Positions 12,381 through 25,423 of a DNA stretch of 64,000 bases are shown piece by piece. The stretch comes from the human T2T-CHM13v2.0 reference genome, Homo sapiens. The translations under genes and the position numbers were made by a program. The notes below the pieces were generated by a model. That model saw only the letters and a program-made list of their open reading frames with translations, made no database searches and had not been told where the DNA came from. Within the stretch, counting starts at the first letter, position 1; each line of letters starts with the position of its first letter. The stretch lies in assembly GCF_009914755.1 (NCBI RefSeq), contig NC_060937.1; one strand, written 5' to 3'.

Positions 12381-14243
12381 TGTAAGCTTCCTTTTATCTC
12401 TTCCTGTAATATATATGACAGTTTTGCCAGGTTTATTGAATAATTTGCTCTCATTTTTGCATTATAGATTGCATTTTCCCTTGAGGCCATTAACTGAGAG
12501 AAATATTGTCAATTCTTTATGTTCAATTCATCTTTTTCTTTTTAGTGCCTTATTACAATCGTTTTTTATCAAGAGAGTCAGGTTATCTATTTTAAAAGTT
12601 ATTTTAACATTTTCTTGTATATATTTTTTTCCAAATTCACTTGAATTTTTAATGGCAAGATTTTTTTAGAATATCTAGAATTATCATTCCCTAATCTATG
12701 TCTAAAGTCTTTTGAGAAACCTCCCAATTTTTAATCTCCAAAACCACATTCTTCTATTTAGATTATGATGTAAAATGTCATTGTCATTTGCTTTCATGGA
12801 TACATCATTCTTTGCACAATCCATTCTCAAAGTTTTCATAGTGTGATTTCCCTTAGGGCTGGTACGATAGTTTTCACAGACATATTTTGCACCTCAAGCC
12901 ACTATGTAACCACTCTGTAATTGGGGAATATGCTTTGACAACTTCCGTCGTTTCCACATTGTTAGATACCATGGTAAAGAGGAGGAAATTCTAACCTGTG
13001 TCTCTTTCAGGAAAAATGGCATTTTTAATACGCGGAGAAACAGATTATTCCCATACATATTTGTCTTTTTTGGACAGGTATTCCCAATGTTCTAAGTATT
13101 TCTTCTCTCTGGAATAAAAATACGCTTCTGTCAGAGTTTTCACAAATCCCATTTTTGGGTGCACAAAATAAGAGAGATTTGATCAATTAAATAATTCATC
13201 TGAAAATTTAATGGAGTATGTACGATTGCCTGTTCATGCATCAAGCTACTGATTACATATTGAACCAAAACTTTTTATTTCCATGTTTTTGAAAAATCTC
13301 TACTTTTTAAGATAATACAGTACTTATGGAGTAGTTTAGTTTTCAAAGGTTAGTACATTTGATTCAGATTAGATTTCACACATATGAAACAATCTCAATT
13401 ATGTAATAAACTAACATTTTAAAGTTCATAGTTCTTGAACTCCTGTCTTTATTGAATAGATGCCTAATGATTTTTGTTTCACGGAATACTTTTCTTATGT
13501 AGCTATATAAAACATGGACTGAATTAACAATTCAAATTTGAAGATATTTTTATATTTTAAAGGTAAGTGTTAATCAATCCTAATAAATTCTCCTTAGAGT
13601 TTTCCAAATATCATGCATTAATCTACTCAAATTATTTCCTTCCTGTCTACCTACAGTAGCAGAGAGCCCACCTGATTATATTTAATTAATGTAAAACTCT
13701 TTGTTCATTCTACACATAATTATTTCTATAAACATATTTTAATCTACATTCAGAAGATGAGAGAAGACTATGATTTTCATATGCTTGATTTCTTGCATTT
13801 GATTTGGTAGGAAACAATGAAATTCATTCTTCACTGAATTTTCAAACATGTTGATTGTTCCAGCTGGGATTATTCCAGCAGAGGTCGGTGTTTTTGAAGA
13901 TGTACCAGGAGGACTGCAGTCATACACTGCTATTCCAACAGATTTAATAGTTGTAGTCAGCTGAGGTTGAACAACCAAATAAAAGTAAAATGAGGATATA
14001 ATATATACCTCACTAGGTTGTTCTGAAATAGTTACATTAGAAAATGCACGTCAAACTCGTGTTCTCAAAAATACTATGTTGAGCATTGACATTGCCATTG
14101 TGCAAACTACTTATGTACATTAGAAGAGAAAGGTATTTAAATCCTTAGTGTTCTCGAGAACCCTTTTAACTGGCCTAGGAAAGCTGGTGGAAACTCACTA
14201 AGTATAAATCAACAAGCATCTTGTATAAAATATAGGAAGTTAT

Positions 14244-15027
<784 letters not shown>

Positions 15028-15220
15028 GCTCTCTGAAAGTATTCTCTCAATACAGTGGGAAGGTCTAGGGCCAGTTCTTTAAAAAGAGTGAATTATACCA
15101 GAATTGTTTCCCACACTTATTTATTGATGTGATGTCAACCACTGACTTTACATGCATGCAAACACACACACGCAGGCACACACACAGAGAATCAAGGTGG
15201 CTGTTGCTTTCCTGTGCTTT

Positions 15221-15585
15221 AGGGATTGGCAACCTATGAAGGCCAAATCTGGGTAAACACCTGTTTTTGGCTACCAGGAGCTGAGTGTTTCTTAGAAATG
15301 AACATTTGTGATTGATTTGATTATAGGGAACACTAACTTTGAACCACAACGAAGTGAAACGTTATCCCTCCCCTCAAAAAAAAATAAGTCTATTCTTCTC
15401 ATTAGAACAATGGTTTTACCAAAAAAATACTCCATTTTGCTTATTGTATTTTAAATTTTCCTTAATAAAAGCATTGTGAAACTTTTTTTTTCCTCTCTTA
15501 TTCCATAAGTCTCTGTATAATATTCTTGACTTTCTTCTTGGCCTGCAATGCCTCATGGCTCCTTAGAGATAAAGTTTACTGATTG
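15221..15585. mobile_element. MER58/Cheshire-type hAT-Charlie element
   Basis: Starts agggattggcaacctatgaaggccaaatctgg...cctgtttttg; ends ataaagtttactga, the degenerate inverted terminus. Confidence 0.55.
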
Positions 15586-16599
15586 AATTACAAATGGATC
15601 CACATTTAGGCACCTAACTCCAAGAACATTCAGAGCATGTATTTTTCCTGTCTTTGCCTCAGTACATGGCAGCATTGTTTGCAGATGGATGAATCAAACA
15701 TAGCAATACCTACCAATACTCTAAGAAAGTATCAAAATATTTTCCTGAGTTGTTTGAAACTGCAGTCCTGTTGAAAATCTTGCCTTCGAAATGTTCATGG
15801 AGAAAGAGCGGCCTTAATCAATGTTTAGATCCAGCAGTGAGCTAGTGAAGGAGGCAGTTTTGAACACTAATGAATTTGAGCATAGCTCATTTCTGTATAA
15901 GCACATAGCTGAAGCTGCATCTTCCAAGGATCACTTTCAATCAAAAGTTTCCCTATTTTTAGACTTCAGGGAAGAGAGAAATGATGTTGCAATCCCTCCA
16001 CCTCTCTAAATTCCTTTTTAATGCTTTCTTACATGGGACCTTCGAACTAGCCACATAAAGGGTAATGCAGGCTGTTCCTGATGTAGAAAGAAGATCTTTT
16101 GAAACTGATGCCCTTTAAAAAATATTCAGTAAGCACCCAAGAAAGTTTCAGGAATTACTGGTAAGAATTCAAACACTGAGTGCCCTCTGTCTGCATGTCA
16201 TCAACCGTCTCTCCTGAGCCAAGATTATTAAACTAGTGGTATTTTTCAGAAATAGGCCATCTTCTTTAGGGCTCAGCAATATTGGCTACACACATTCAGC
16301 TACACAATATAACACTTAAAATGTATTTTTCAAAAATAAAACATAGTAACTAAAGATTTTAGGTCATTTGACTGCTTCAAGTGAATAAGGAAATTTCCAT
16401 CACCTGTTAAGTCTCCTCTGGTGCTACACATAGAAGGCAAAATCTTTGCACTCACTTTTCCTTATTCTAAAGCAGCATTGTGCAGCATAATAGGCACGTA
16501 CCACACATGGCTATTGAGAAGGGTTCAGACTTTGTATGGAATAAAATAATAAAAATACTTTATTAATTATTTTATATTTATCACATATATATCCCTAAG

Positions 16600-17540
16600 G
16601 TATGTCTGTCACAATGCAAGATGTTAGAGATAAAATAACGATGAAGAATGATCAAAGGAGATGATCCCAATTGTTGTGGACCGTATGGTCCAGGATAGTA
16701 GAAAGCTAAATAACACATTATTATGAGTGTACCGATTGCCATTTTACAGAAACTATTAAGAACCTTTGAGGTAGAGAAAAAAATATATCACTTGGAGAAT
16801 AGGATTTCAGGATGGGTTTCAGTTACGAAGCAGTAAGTTTGAAACTTATGTAGATTTTAGGTTATGATGTTACGCAGAGTCTTGCAAACTGTATTATAGC
16901 AATAGATTTAATTGTAAAGAGTGCAGATCAGCTAGCAAATAACCAAAGACACAGTCAGGTTTGTGACTTAGAATTATCCCCTTGTTGAAAACGTGAAGGA
17001 AGGATTATAAAGGAATAACACAGGAAAAAGATGAATTGGATCATTTTGTAATACTGCAAAATAAACTTGCTAATGGCCTGATTCCAGCAGTGGTACGGAC
17101 ATTATTGTCAATCCCCACTAATCCATTTTATATTATTGTTTGTTCCCACATAACTCAACATAAGGAATCTCCAAAGCCACATTGTTTTGCCTACTGAACT
17201 GGCTCATGTTGTTTCTTCTTTCTGTAGCATAGTTCCTACTAAATCTACTAGTCAAAATTCTACGAATACATTAAAACAAAATTCAAGTGCCATCTTCATC
17301 ATAATAAATTTTCTGGTTCCTGAAGATGAAGGTTATTGCTTTCTTTCGTGAATCCTCATTGTGATTTATACCTCTTTTACCACATGTAGTGTATGTACTG
17401 TGACATATATTTCTGCCATAAGTGCTTGCCTTACTTTTCCCTTTAAGCTTATGTAAGAGGCAGCATGTATTTCCTTCTATTTTCATATTTTACCCAGCAC
17501 ATATAATATAAAGATAATAGGTACTAGAGAATGTATTAAT
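16600..17540. mobile_element. Degenerate L2 fragments (antisense ~16600-17090, sense ~17150-17540)
   Basis: L2-like phrases such as tttaagcttatgtaagaggcagcatgtatttcc...cccagcac. Confidence 0.4.
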
Positions 17541-17588
17541 ACCTTTAAAGTAGCTAATTAATTAGTATAGTTTAAAACTTCATTGGTT

Positions 17589-17820
17589 ACATGGACACAG
17601 AGAGGGAAGATCACACAGCGGGTCCTGTCAGAGGGTGGGGGTCAAGGGAAGGGAGAGCATTAGGACAAATACCTAATGCATGGGGGGATTAAAACCTAAA
17701 TGATGGTTGATAGGTGCAGCAAACCATCATGGCACATGTATACCTATGTACAAGGCTGCATGGGTTCTGCACATGTATCCCAGAACTTAAAGTAAAATTA
17801 AAAAAAAAAGAAAAGAAAAA
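17589..17820 (+). mobile_element. L1PA8-type 5'-truncated 3' end
   Basis: gggagagcattaggacaaatacctaatgcat...cacatgtatcccagaacttaaagtaaa + A tail; TSD aaaact(t/a)cattggtt at a TTT|AAAA site. Confidence 0.92.
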
Positions 17821-19850
17821 CTACATTGGTTAAATGGATACTTTTTAAAGCTCATGAAACTGCGCAAATTATTTCTCATCTGATAATGTTTCAGACTTTT
17901 ATAATAATGGCAATAGTATGTGGGTATTGTCTAGACATCTGAAGGACATTATACCAACCACTTTGGAAATAAATGTCTATAAGGAAATATTTTTAAAATT
18001 AAAAATAATAAAATTTTTCATACTTTATTTTTGAGTATTGAAAGTTAAGCATCAAAACCACTTGTAGGAATGTCAGGGAGAAGTTCTCCGCCAAGAGAGC
18101 TAATTGGAAATGGTATGGACTATTTTCCCTAATATAGTGGCTAAACTTTAGAGTCCAGGATGCTGGGACAGATGGTTTTTCATTGTTTCCTTACATAAAA
18201 TCACAAACAATTACAAACAAAAAGGATGTTTGTATAACTGATATTTTCCTTGATCAGTTTTTCAAATAAAGCTAAAGTGATCACTGTGGAATCAAACAGA
18301 GATAGTAGAGGCTACATTTAATTCTGGTTCTTGATTTGGGGCAAAGCTGAATTTCCTAGGAGATATTTTATTTCTCAACTGTAGAGAAATTGTAATCATT
18401 GTGTTGATGTGACTCTACTTTTATTTTTCTGAGACAAATAATATTTTTTAAATGCACAATATTATCTGTCAAACAGTTTTTTTTAAAGTTTTAACTTAAA
18501 CTTAACAAGATTACTATTTTGGCACATGTAAATTTAGATAAAATAACCTAAAAAATAAAAACTTCAGATTTTCAAAAATCAGCAAATATTATGTTATAAA
18601 AGCCAACTGACTAATGTTGGAAGTAGCTTATGCTAGATAACAATTAAATTTTTCATATTTGGAAACATAACTCATCAAAAACTCATCAAAATGTGCTTCA
18701 TCATATCACTAATATGCAAGCTTGCTAGTTTACATAGATACCATACAATAGTTTAAAAATTAAATGTGTTTTGTAATCACGCCCTGTCATTTTATGCTGC
18801 CATGTTCAAAAAATATATCTATACATAATGTATCTATTCTAATATAAGACCTGTTATCTATCAGTATAATTATTTTTAAAATATGAAACTAGTTATATAT
18901 TTTAAAACTTTTTCACATTAAAAAAGACTTGCTTTAGGAATTTTTGAAAAAAATCTATAGTTTTATCAAATATTGATTTTGATGTTTCTTTCTTGATTAT
19001 AGCAAATAGATAATGTTCTTAGAATCAAATTAATAATGTTTAAAAATGGAGATTGGCAAGATTTTCATGGAATAAGCACATGACAGTAATTTAGTGATAT
19101 ATTATTAAACTTCAAAATGGTGACTGTTTTGGGAACATTTAGATTCTAAGCAAGAGCAATGTATATCCTTGACACTGAGAATAAAGAATAATACTGACTG
19201 TTATTGGCTTTTTAACTTGCATTTTACAATAAAATCTTGTTAATAGCTACTTGGAATAAATGTGGTAGTTTTGAAGATCATGAGGGGGTCTTTGCCAACT
19301 AATGCCATGGAGCTTATGTCAGCTTTTTGATTCTTGTGTCAAAAAATCTATTTGAGACATCTTGCTCCTCTCATGCTGAAACCTTGCAGATCTCCCACTG
19401 CCATCAAGCTTTAGCTATATCATAGAAATTCTTCCATGCTGTTCATCTATATAGAAAGGCCAAACCTATTTTAAGGGGCCCTAGAATTTTTATTGGAGGA
19501 AAATGTATTTATTGCATTTGCATATTTATTACATGAACAGTGGAGTGCTGGTGTGTGCATAGGTCAGAATACGTGAGTAAAATCTGTTAGTGCAGAAATT
19601 AAAAGTATCTTTCATGTTGTTAGTATCAGTATATCATTATAATGCTCTTATAAAATGTACATGAATAGGAAACTAAGTATTTTTATCTTTATATTTCCAG
19701 GTACGTAGGGATCTATTTGTAAGGGAAATTGACGTATCATTGTTTGCAGATGGATGACGCTTATTATACTAACGTCTAGAAAAAGTCTAGGGGGATGTAA
19801 TGGATTTAACTAGAAGAAGGCATTAATCATGGTACACTTTTTGAAAACTA

Positions 19851-19980
19851 ATTTATTTTTTTAAAGACAGGGTCTTACTATGTTGCCCAGACTAGCCCCA
19901 AACTTCCTGGGCTAAAGCAATTTTTCTTGCCTCAGCTACCCAAGTAGCTGGGACTATGGGTTTGTGCCACCACTTCCAGA
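19851..19980 (-). mobile_element. FLAM (free left Alu monomer)
   Basis: agacagggtcttactatgttgcccag...cctcagctacccaagtagctgggacta; single monomer. Confidence 0.85.
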
Positions 19981-20404
19981 TAAAACCTGAAATGTTTAAC
20001 TTAGAAGAAACTATTTGGTTTATAGCCAAACAGTTCTGAAATATAATCTGCAAATTAATTAGTTGATGCAATCCAACAGTTATTCATTAATGTGATCCAT
20101 ATGTTACATGTTTGTTTCACTTTAAAAATGCATATTTGTATGTAAGGGAGGACATTGGGAGATTTTGTAGCTGCCAACTTGATAGAAGTTAAAAGACAAC
20201 TAAAATGGGATCTAGGATTTCTGGCTTCCACTTTAGGATATGGAAGGCTGCAAGGAGCATAGCCCCTATGCCTACAATAAAATGACACAGAGTAACATCA
20301 CATTTATGATTTCTCAAACATAGCAGAGAGCTGAGACTGCTGAGAAGATTACTTGAAGAAACTCTGAGAGACACAGTGCCTATCGGGAGAGAGAAAACTT
20401 GAAC

Positions 20405-20702
20405 TTTTTTTTAGAGACAAGGTCTCACTTTGCTCTGTTGTCCAGCCTGGAGCGCATTGGTACAATCATAGCTCGCTGTAGCCTCAAACTCCTGGGCTCA
20501 AGTGATTTTCCCACCTCAGCCTTCTGAGTAGTTTGGACTACAGGTGAGCGCCACTGCGCCTGGCTAATTTATTTTTATTATCTTTGTGGAGATAGAGTCT
20601 CACTATTTTGCGAGGCTGGTCTCAAACTCTTGGTCTCAAGTGATCCTCCCGCTTTGACCTCCCAAAGCACTGGGATTACAGGCACGAGCCATTGCACCCA
20701 GC
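20405..20702 (-). mobile_element. AluJ
   Basis: aatcatagctcgctgtagcctcaaactcctgggctcaagtgat, J-type; dimeric. Confidence 0.92.
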
Positions 20703-21052
20703 TTTGAAATTGATTCACCTATTGTAGATGCAACAGGACACCAGTGACAAGAGTTTACACACAGTAGCTGATAGACGCTGAATGCGCGCTATGCGAGTGG
20801 TGCAAAGTTGCTGAGGACAAGGAAATCTAGGGACTCCTTATCATTTTGCAGGCTTTTCTCTACAAACTCTACCAAGTTGTCATGGAAAAAATATCAAAAA
20901 GACCTATAATAAGTGTCTATTATGCTTGAGGCTTCAGGCAGGGAAAGTATAGCTATATGAGAGGGATAAGAAACTCGACCTTCTGGGATCCTTCCTGTTT
21001 TCCCCATTTTGTTCACCCATTATGAACAAAAGCCTGAATTTGTGTGGGAGGG

Positions 21053-22537
21053 TGAGAGGTGACAGCGTGCTGGCGGTCCTCACAGCCTTCGCTCGCTCTC
21101 GGCGCCTCCTCTGCCTGGGCTCCCACTTTGGTGGCACTTGAGGAGCCCTTCAGCCTGCCGCTGCACTGTGGGAGCCCCTTTCTGGGCTGGTCAAGGCCGG
21201 AGCCGGCTCCCTCAGCTTGCAGGGAGGTGTGGAGGGAGAGGCGCGGCCAGGAACCGGGGCTGCACGCAGTGCTTGCGGGCCAGCGCGAGTTCCGGGTGGG
21301 CGTGGGCTCGGCAGGCCCAGCACTCGGAGCGGCCGGCTGGCCCCACCGGCCCGGGGCAGTGAGGGGCTTAGCACCTGGGCCAGCAGCTGCTGTGCTCAAT
21401 TTCTCGCTGCAGCCTTAGCTGCCTTCCTGCGGGGCAGGACTCGGGACCTGCAGCCCGCCATGCCTGAGCCTCCCCCACTCTCCGTGGGCTCCTGTGTGCC
21501 CAAGCCTCCCCGACAAGCACCGCCCCCTGCTCCAGGGCGCCCAGTTCCATCAACCACCCAAGGGCTGAGGAATGCAGGCGCATGGCGCGGGACTGGCAGG
21601 CAGTGCCACCTGCAGCCCTGGTGCGGGATCCACTGGGTGAAGCCAGCTGGGCTCCTGAGTCTGGTGGGGACATGGAGAACCTTTATGTCTAGCTAAGGGA
21701 TTGTAAATACACCAATGGGCACTCTGTATCTAGCTCAAGGTTTGTAAACACACCAATCAGCACCCTGTGTCTAGCTCAGGGTTTGTGAATGCACCAATCA
21801 ACACTCTGTATCTAGCTAATCTGGTGGGGAGGTGGAGAATCTTTGTGTCTAGCTCAGGGATTGTAAATACACCAATCGGCACTCTGTATCTAGCTCAAGG
21901 TTTGCAAACACACCAATCAGCACCCTGTGTCTAGCTCAGGGTTTGTGAATGCACCAATCAACACTGTGTATCTAGCTAATCGTGGAGAACCTATGTGTCT
22001 AGCTCAGGGATTGTAGACACATCAATCAGCGCCCTGTCAAAACAGACCACTCGGCTCTACCAATCAGCAGGATGTGGGTGGGGCCAGATAAGAGAATAAA
22101 AGCAGGCTGCCCCAGCCAGTAGTGGCAACCCGCTCAGGTCTCCTTCCACGTTGTGGTAGCTTTGTTCTTTTGCTCTTTGCAGTAAATCTAAACTGCTGCT
22201 CACTCTTTGGGTCCACACTGCCTTTATGAGCTGTAACACTCACCGCGAAGGTCTGCAGCTTCACTCCTGAAGCCAACGAGACCACGAACCCACTGGGAAG
22301 AAGAAACTCCAGACGCGCCGCCTTAAGAGCTGTAACACTCACCGGGAAGGTCCGCAGCTTCTCTCCTGAGCCAGCAAGACCACAAACCCACCAAAAGGAA
22401 GAAACTCGGAACACATCCGAACATCAGAAGGAACAAACTCCAGACGCGCCACCTTAAGAGCTGTAACACTCACTGCGAGGGTCCGCGGCTTCATTCTTGA
22501 AGTCAGTGAGACCAAGAACCCACCAATTCCGGACACA
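21053..22537 (+). mobile_element. LTR12C (ERV9) full-length solo LTR
   Basis: tgagaggtgacagcgtgctggc...ccaccaattccggacaca; GC-rich U3, tandem caccaat/tctagctc repeats, gctgtaacactcac U5 repeats; 4 bp TSD aggg. Confidence 0.97.
21690..22110 (+). promoter_or_regulatory. LTR12C U3 NF-Y (CCAAT) repeat array, GATA site and AATAAAA TATA-equivalent
   Basis: Repeated caccaat(c) units, then ggggccagataagagaataaaagcaggctgc; LTR12 promoters are known to depend on NF-Y. Confidence 0.8.
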
Positions 22538-24378
22538 AGGGGAAGAGCAAAACTGCTTACCCTTGGGCATTGGTGAACTGTCTTTGACACAGGAAAAGGA
22601 AAAGAAAAAAACATTATCTTGGGGGAAGAACAGAATTAAGTACTGAGTCCACAGTGGCAGCCCGGAAAAGAGCAGGAGCAAGGAAAATGCCGCATTCCCA
22701 TGGCCGGGGACATGGTGTCTGCCAACAGGAGAGCCTTAATGGACGGCATCCGCTTCCTTCCATCCACAAGCTAGGAAGCTGCAAATAACAAGTGATAGCA
22801 GAATATGGCTGGGACAGGGACAAGAGAGGGACAAGTGCTTAAAAAGTGACCCACTCTGTAGCACAGCACAAAGGAAAGCCTTAAAACTCAGAATCAAAAA
22901 GATACTGTTAATCCATTTCCCACCTTAGACGGAAGCAATATCTCCTCGAATTTGAAGTCTCTGTGGCATTCAGGGTAACACAGCAAGAGTAAATTACAAA
23001 CATGCCCAACTCCTGACTTCATTAACACAAACCCTTGCACTAAAGGTCTAGCACAGGGAAAAGAATGCCCATTTCCAGGGATAAGACTGAGGGAAATAAG
23101 CTCCATGGTCCACAATGTCTGGTTTTCAATAATAATGTAAAAAATATGTGGCATATGGAAAGGCAAGAAAAACAACACACTCCCAAGACAGAGAGCAATA
23201 ATCACAAATAGATATAACATAGATCTTGACAGAAAATTAAAAATGCATATGATTAATTTGTTATAGGCTTTAAAAGGAAAGGTGGATAAAAGGCAAGATC
23301 AGATGAGTAATTTCAACAGAAAATATAAGAAAAAAACCAAATAAAAATGTTAGAAATTAGAAACATGATAACAAAGACAAAGAATGCCTTCAATAGGTTC
23401 ATCATTAAAATTGACGTGGCTGGGAAAAGAATCAGTGTACTTGAAGATAGGCCAACAGAAATCATCCAGACGAAGAAGCAAAGAGAAAAAGGAGTATAAA
23501 AATTGGAAATCTATCCGAGAGCTTTGGAAAAATATCAAAAGTTCTAATCTAGACATAATCTGGGTCTAAGAAAGCAAAGAGAGAAAGGAGCAGAATGTCT
23601 ATTTGAAGAAATAATGACAATGGATTTTTTTAAATGAGTGACAGAAACAAAGTGAAATATCTAAGAATCTCTGAGAATAGCAAACAAATAAAATGTATAC
23701 ACAGACAGACACACCTAGGCAAATCATACTTAAACTGCTGAGATAAAAAACGAAGAGAAAATCTTAGAGCCAGCCCGAGAAAATGAAACATTACATAAGA
23801 GGAACAAAAATGGGGATTTCAGCAGGCTTTTCACAAGGAATTGTGGAAGGTGGATGAAAATGGTATGTCATCTGTAAAGTGCTAAAGAAAAAAAAATCTC
23901 TAAGTGATAATTTTGTAATCAGCAAGAATATCTTTCAAACATGAAGAAATATAAGATAAAGAAATCTTTCTCAAATAAATGCTGAGAAAATGCATTTCAA
24001 ACATACTTGTTTAGGTAGAAAAAATATATTAGGCTGAAAATTAGAGCAATGAAAAAGGAGACTGCAAATGTAATACATGATGGTAGAATTTAAGACATTT
24101 TTCTTATGTTAACTTTTCTACAAATAATATGGAAAGATTGAATTCTGTGTTTATCATATATGTAAAATTTAAATGAATGACAAAAATAGTACATAGACAG
24201 GAGTGAGAAAGGGGAATATACTTTTATAAGTTCTTTACACTACATATGAGACAATATAAGAAGACTTTAAGTAAAAATGTATATTGTAAAACCTAGTGGA
24301 AACCATTACAATTTAAAAATGGGATAGTGAGTTGGTTGAGTAAATAAAATGCAATCATATCAAAAGCTCAGTTAATTC

Positions 24379-25150
24379 CTCAAAGAAGATATGTAAATTG
24401 CTAACAAGCATATGAAAAGATGCTCGACATTACCAGTCATTAGGCAAATGCAAATCAAACCATTACCTCATACCAATTAGTATAGCTGATATTGGTAAGG
24501 ATGTGGAGACACTGGATCCCTTGTGAACTGTTGGTGGGAATGAAAAATAGTGCAGCCACTATGAAACACAATTTAGTGGTTCCTTAAAAATTAAACATAG
24601 AATTGGTGTATGACCTAGCCATTCCTCGTCTCCTATAACCCGCTAAATTGAAAGCTGACTCTTAAAAAGACATTTGTATACCCATGTTTATAGCAGCATT
24701 ATTTGAAATAGCCAAAATGTGTAAACAACCTACATGCCCATCATCAGACAAATAGACAAACAAAATGTGGTATCTACATACAATGGCTTTTTACTTTATC
24801 TTTACAAGAATGAAAATTTTGACACATGCTCCAATATGAATGAAGCTTGAGGGCATTACGCTAACTACAGTGCATGATACTATATGATTCACTTACGCAA
24901 GGTACTTAGAGTAGTCAAATTCAGAGTCAGAAAGTAGAAGGGTGATTATCAGGGGCTGAGGAGAAGGGGTAATGGAGAGTTATTATTTATAGGTACGTAG
25001 TCTCAGTTTTGCAAGATGAGAGTTTCTGTGGATGAATCCTGGTGATGGCAGCCCAACAGTGTGAATGCACTTAATGCCTTTAAACTGTACACTCAGAAAG
25101 TGTCAAGATGGTAACTTTTATGTGTATCTTACCACAGTTGATTAAAAAAG
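24379..25150 (+). mobile_element. L1MB3/4-type 3' segment inserted in the host L1
   Basis: caaagaagatatgtaaattgctaacaagcatatgaaaagatgctc...gagtagtcaaattcagagtcagaaagtagaa...gatggtaacttttatgtgtatcttaccaca. Confidence 0.85.
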
Positions 25151-25423
25151 AGAGCTATGGTTGGATACAAATATACAGTTAGATAGAAGGAATTAGCTCC
25201 AAATTTTGATAAGCAGAGTAGGGTGACTATAGTTAACAACAATCTATTGTATATTTCAAAATAGCTAGAAGAGAGGACATGAAGTGTTTCCAACACATAG
25301 AAATTATAAATGCTTGAGATGTTGAACACCACAAATACCATGACTTTATCATTACACAGTCTGTGCATGTAGTAAGATATATGTACCCCATAAATATATA
25401 CAAATATTTTGCACTAATAAAAA
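25151..25423 (+). mobile_element. L1MA4/5-type 3' end
   Basis: atacagttagatagaaggaat...gggtgactatagttaacaacaatctattgtatatttcaaaatagctagaagagagg. Confidence 0.85.

Noticed and set aside
13739-13978. 79 aa minus-strand ORF with protein-like composition behind a possible acceptor (~13962)
   Set aside because: Non-ATG start, no recognisable family and no supporting upstream exons; left unassigned.
19541-19572. CWCV peptide suggesting a thyroglobulin type-1 domain
   Set aside because: Only a four-residue match; the other domain cysteines and a continuous reading frame are absent.
21060-21680. CpG-island-like region
   Set aside because: It is the LTR12C U3, not a host gene CpG-island promoter.
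21690-22500. Regularly spaced direct repeats resembling a CRISPR array
   Set aside because: The intervening sequences are repeated too, there are no cas genes, and these are standard LTR12 U3/U5 repeats in primate DNA.
20934-22823. Cluster of overlapping ORFs up to 159 aa
   Set aside because: They lie in or overlap the GC-rich LTR12C, where stop-poor frames on both strands are expected.
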